This document shows positions 62,045-64,000 of a stretch of 64,000 nucleotides of DNA, piece after piece. Position 1 is the first letter of the stretch. Every line of letters begins with the position of its first letter. This DNA is from Stegostoma tigrinum (lineage: Eukaryota), in the NCBI RefSeq assembly GCF_030684315.1, contig NC_081379.1, positions 28,240,637 through 28,304,636 of the forward strand, in the 5' to 3' direction. The notes under the pieces are model-generated. The model had not been told where the DNA came from and ran no database searches. It saw only the letters and a program-made list of their open reading frames with translations. The translations under genes were made by a program, and so were the position numbers.

Positions 62045-62940
62045 AGTACTCATGTGTCTGCTGCCCTTGTCCTTCCAGATGGAAAAGGTCAAGGGTTTAG
62101 AAAATGCTGTCAACTGATCTTTGGTGAATTTCTGCACTCCATCTTGTAGACAGCACACAGTGCTGCTACTGAGCATCGGTGATGGAGGGAGTGAATGCTT
62201 GTGGATGTGGTGCCAATCAAGCGGACTGCTTTGTCTTGGATAGTGTCAAGCTTCTTGAGTGTTGTTGGGACTATACCCATCCAGACAAGTGGTGAGTATC
62301 CCATCACAGTCCCGACTTATGCCTTGTACACGGTGGACAGGTTTTGGGGAGTCAGGAGGCGAATTACTCGCCACAGTATTCCTAGCATCAGGCCTGCTCT
62401 TGTAGCTGCTGTGTTTATGTGGTGAGTCCAGTTGAGTTTCTGCTCAATGAAAACACCCAGGATGTTGTTTTAGTGGGGTATTCAGCGACAGTAACACCAT
62501 TGACTATCAGGGGTGATGTTAGATTGCCTCTTATTGGAGATGGTCATTGTCTGGAATTTGATTGATGCCAACGTTAGTTGCCACTTGTCAGTCCAAGCCT
62601 GGATATTGTCTAGACCTCAATGTATTCAAACACAGACTGCTTCAATATCTGAGGAGTCATGAATGATGCTGAACATTGTTCACTGATGAATGAACATTCC
62701 CACTTCTGAGTTTACAATGGAGGGAAGCTGATTGATGAATCATAGTTGGGCAAAGGACACCACTCTGAGGAACTCCTGCAGAGATGTTCTGCAACTGAGA
62801 AGACAAATCTCCAACATCTACGGCCATCTTTCTATGTGTCAGATACGACTCAAGCCAGTGGACAGTTTGCCTCTTGATTCTCACTTATTCAAGGTTTACT
62901 CGGGCTCCTTGAAGCCACACTCGGTTGAATGCAGCCTCCA
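62045..62940 (-). mobile_element. LINE RT fragment, second family (CR1/L2/Jockey-related)
   Basis: WLESYLTHRKM..ISAGVPQSGVLCP; YSPLVWMGIVPTTLKKLDTIQDKAVRLIG..SLHHRCSVAALCAVYKM. Confidence 0.85.
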
Positions 62941-63325
62941 CAAGATTTCTTCACCATCACTGTATTCTTGTATTTGCAATCTGCTCTTCTACTGGTCAGT
63001 TTGGAGCTCTTGGATATGCAAAAGAGGAACCAAGAAAATATTATGGTGATGTGTGCGGCAGGAACAGTAAGAGGTACATTGTGGAATGAGGAATTAGTGG
63101 GATGTGAAAATTTGAGGCAAGAGGATTGTGCCATCTTGGACAGTTTCAACCCTGCCACCAGCGCCAACCTCTGCCAAGGGCAGATGGTGAGACTGTGATG
63201 TCCATGCATCCCCGACATAACATCTGCTTAGAAAAATCAACCACCTCCAGTTAGAAGCTAGCTTGTTCTTCAAGACAGAAGAAATTGTGTCAGTGAATGT
63301 GGTGCAGCGTGTTTGGATGATGTGG

Positions 63326-63455
63326 CTCTCCGATGAAAGGTCTAGACCCGAAATGTCAGCTTTTGTGCTCCTGGGATGCTGCTGGGCCTGCTGTGTTCAT
63401 CCAGCCTCACATTTTATTATCTTGGATTCTCCAGCATCTGCAGTTCTCATTGTCA
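63326..63455 (+). mobile_element. PLE family A 3' stub starting at the HHR
   Basis: ctctCCGATGAaaggtctagacccGAAATGTCagc..ggattctccagcatctgcagttctcattgtc. No clear TSD. Confidence 0.88.
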
Positions 63456-64000
63456 TTGTTGAAAGGTGAGTCATGTCTGTATAGTGAATTGAGCTGAAGA
63501 GGAGGTTAGTGGTGTAAGTTGAAGATGCTGTCTCTGACTTTGACCACTCATTTAAAGACATTGAGTTTTGTGCTGCACTACACCCAGGTCGTCACAGATT
63601 GATTTCTGGGATGGACTGCAACGGCAAAGTTTGGCTAGCAAGCCTCTTATGAATGCAACACATCACCCCTCCTCTTCAGTTCCTCAATCAAACCCTGTAG
63701 GTCAGTGTCAAGAAATCTTGGAGCCCATGTTTGCTCGTGGCGTGCTATTGTTGAATCTTCTATGTGACAGAATCAATTATGAATTGATTTCAACTAACTA
63801 GATAGTATATTTCTCCTTTAAGAGGTACAGTTTGGAGAAGCATTGCAAATGAATTAACGGTTACTGAATTTCATTGCTAAGTGTTATAGGAATCTCCTTG
63901 TTTCGACGCATTGTAAGAGAAGCTTGAATAACCTAGCTTTGGCTGACTTCACACTGCAGGCAGAGCAAAAGGATACTGATTTAGATCTGGCTCTGTACTC

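Noticed and set aside
1182-63455. Hairpin elements as classical DNA-transposon MITEs, miRNA genes or CRISPR repeats
   Set aside because: They match the 3' end of an RT-encoding PLE and have asymmetric arms, variable junctions and long variable TSDs. They are dispersed, with no regular spacers and no cas genes.

Overview
This is AT-rich, CpG-depleted vertebrate DNA, most likely a cartilaginous fish. The basis is recalled similarity to HE1-type V-SINEs, HER1/CR1 LINEs and SacSINE/DeuSINE-like cores; the species cannot be established without a search. It looks like a large intron or gene desert, with no complete host gene, rRNA, true tRNA gene or CRISPR array. Most ORFs in the supplied track are noise or transposon-derived. 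Much of the window is recognisable retroelements: CR1/HER1, L2-like, Tx1-like, three SINE types and one short solo LTR. The striking feature is about 17 Penelope-like element (PLE) insertions from at least four families. Three long copies encode RT plus GIY-YIG endonuclease, one as an uninterrupted ~500-codon frame. The rest are one ~800-bp relic and many 80-230 bp stubs or fold-back hairpins. Most are flanked by 8-15 bp target-site duplications (TSDs). The short copies are truncated or inverted almost exactly at a minimal hammerhead ribozyme (HHR) motif (CUGAnGA..GAAAC-GUH) near the element 3' end. Tail-bearing arms lie mostly on the minus strand, and every plus-strand HHR copy I could read is damaged. 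A candidate plus-strand microexon at ~38457-38482 and several enhancer-like unique blocks suggest a plus-strand host transcript. Repeat boundaries without a TSD are approximate (+/- 20-50 bp).
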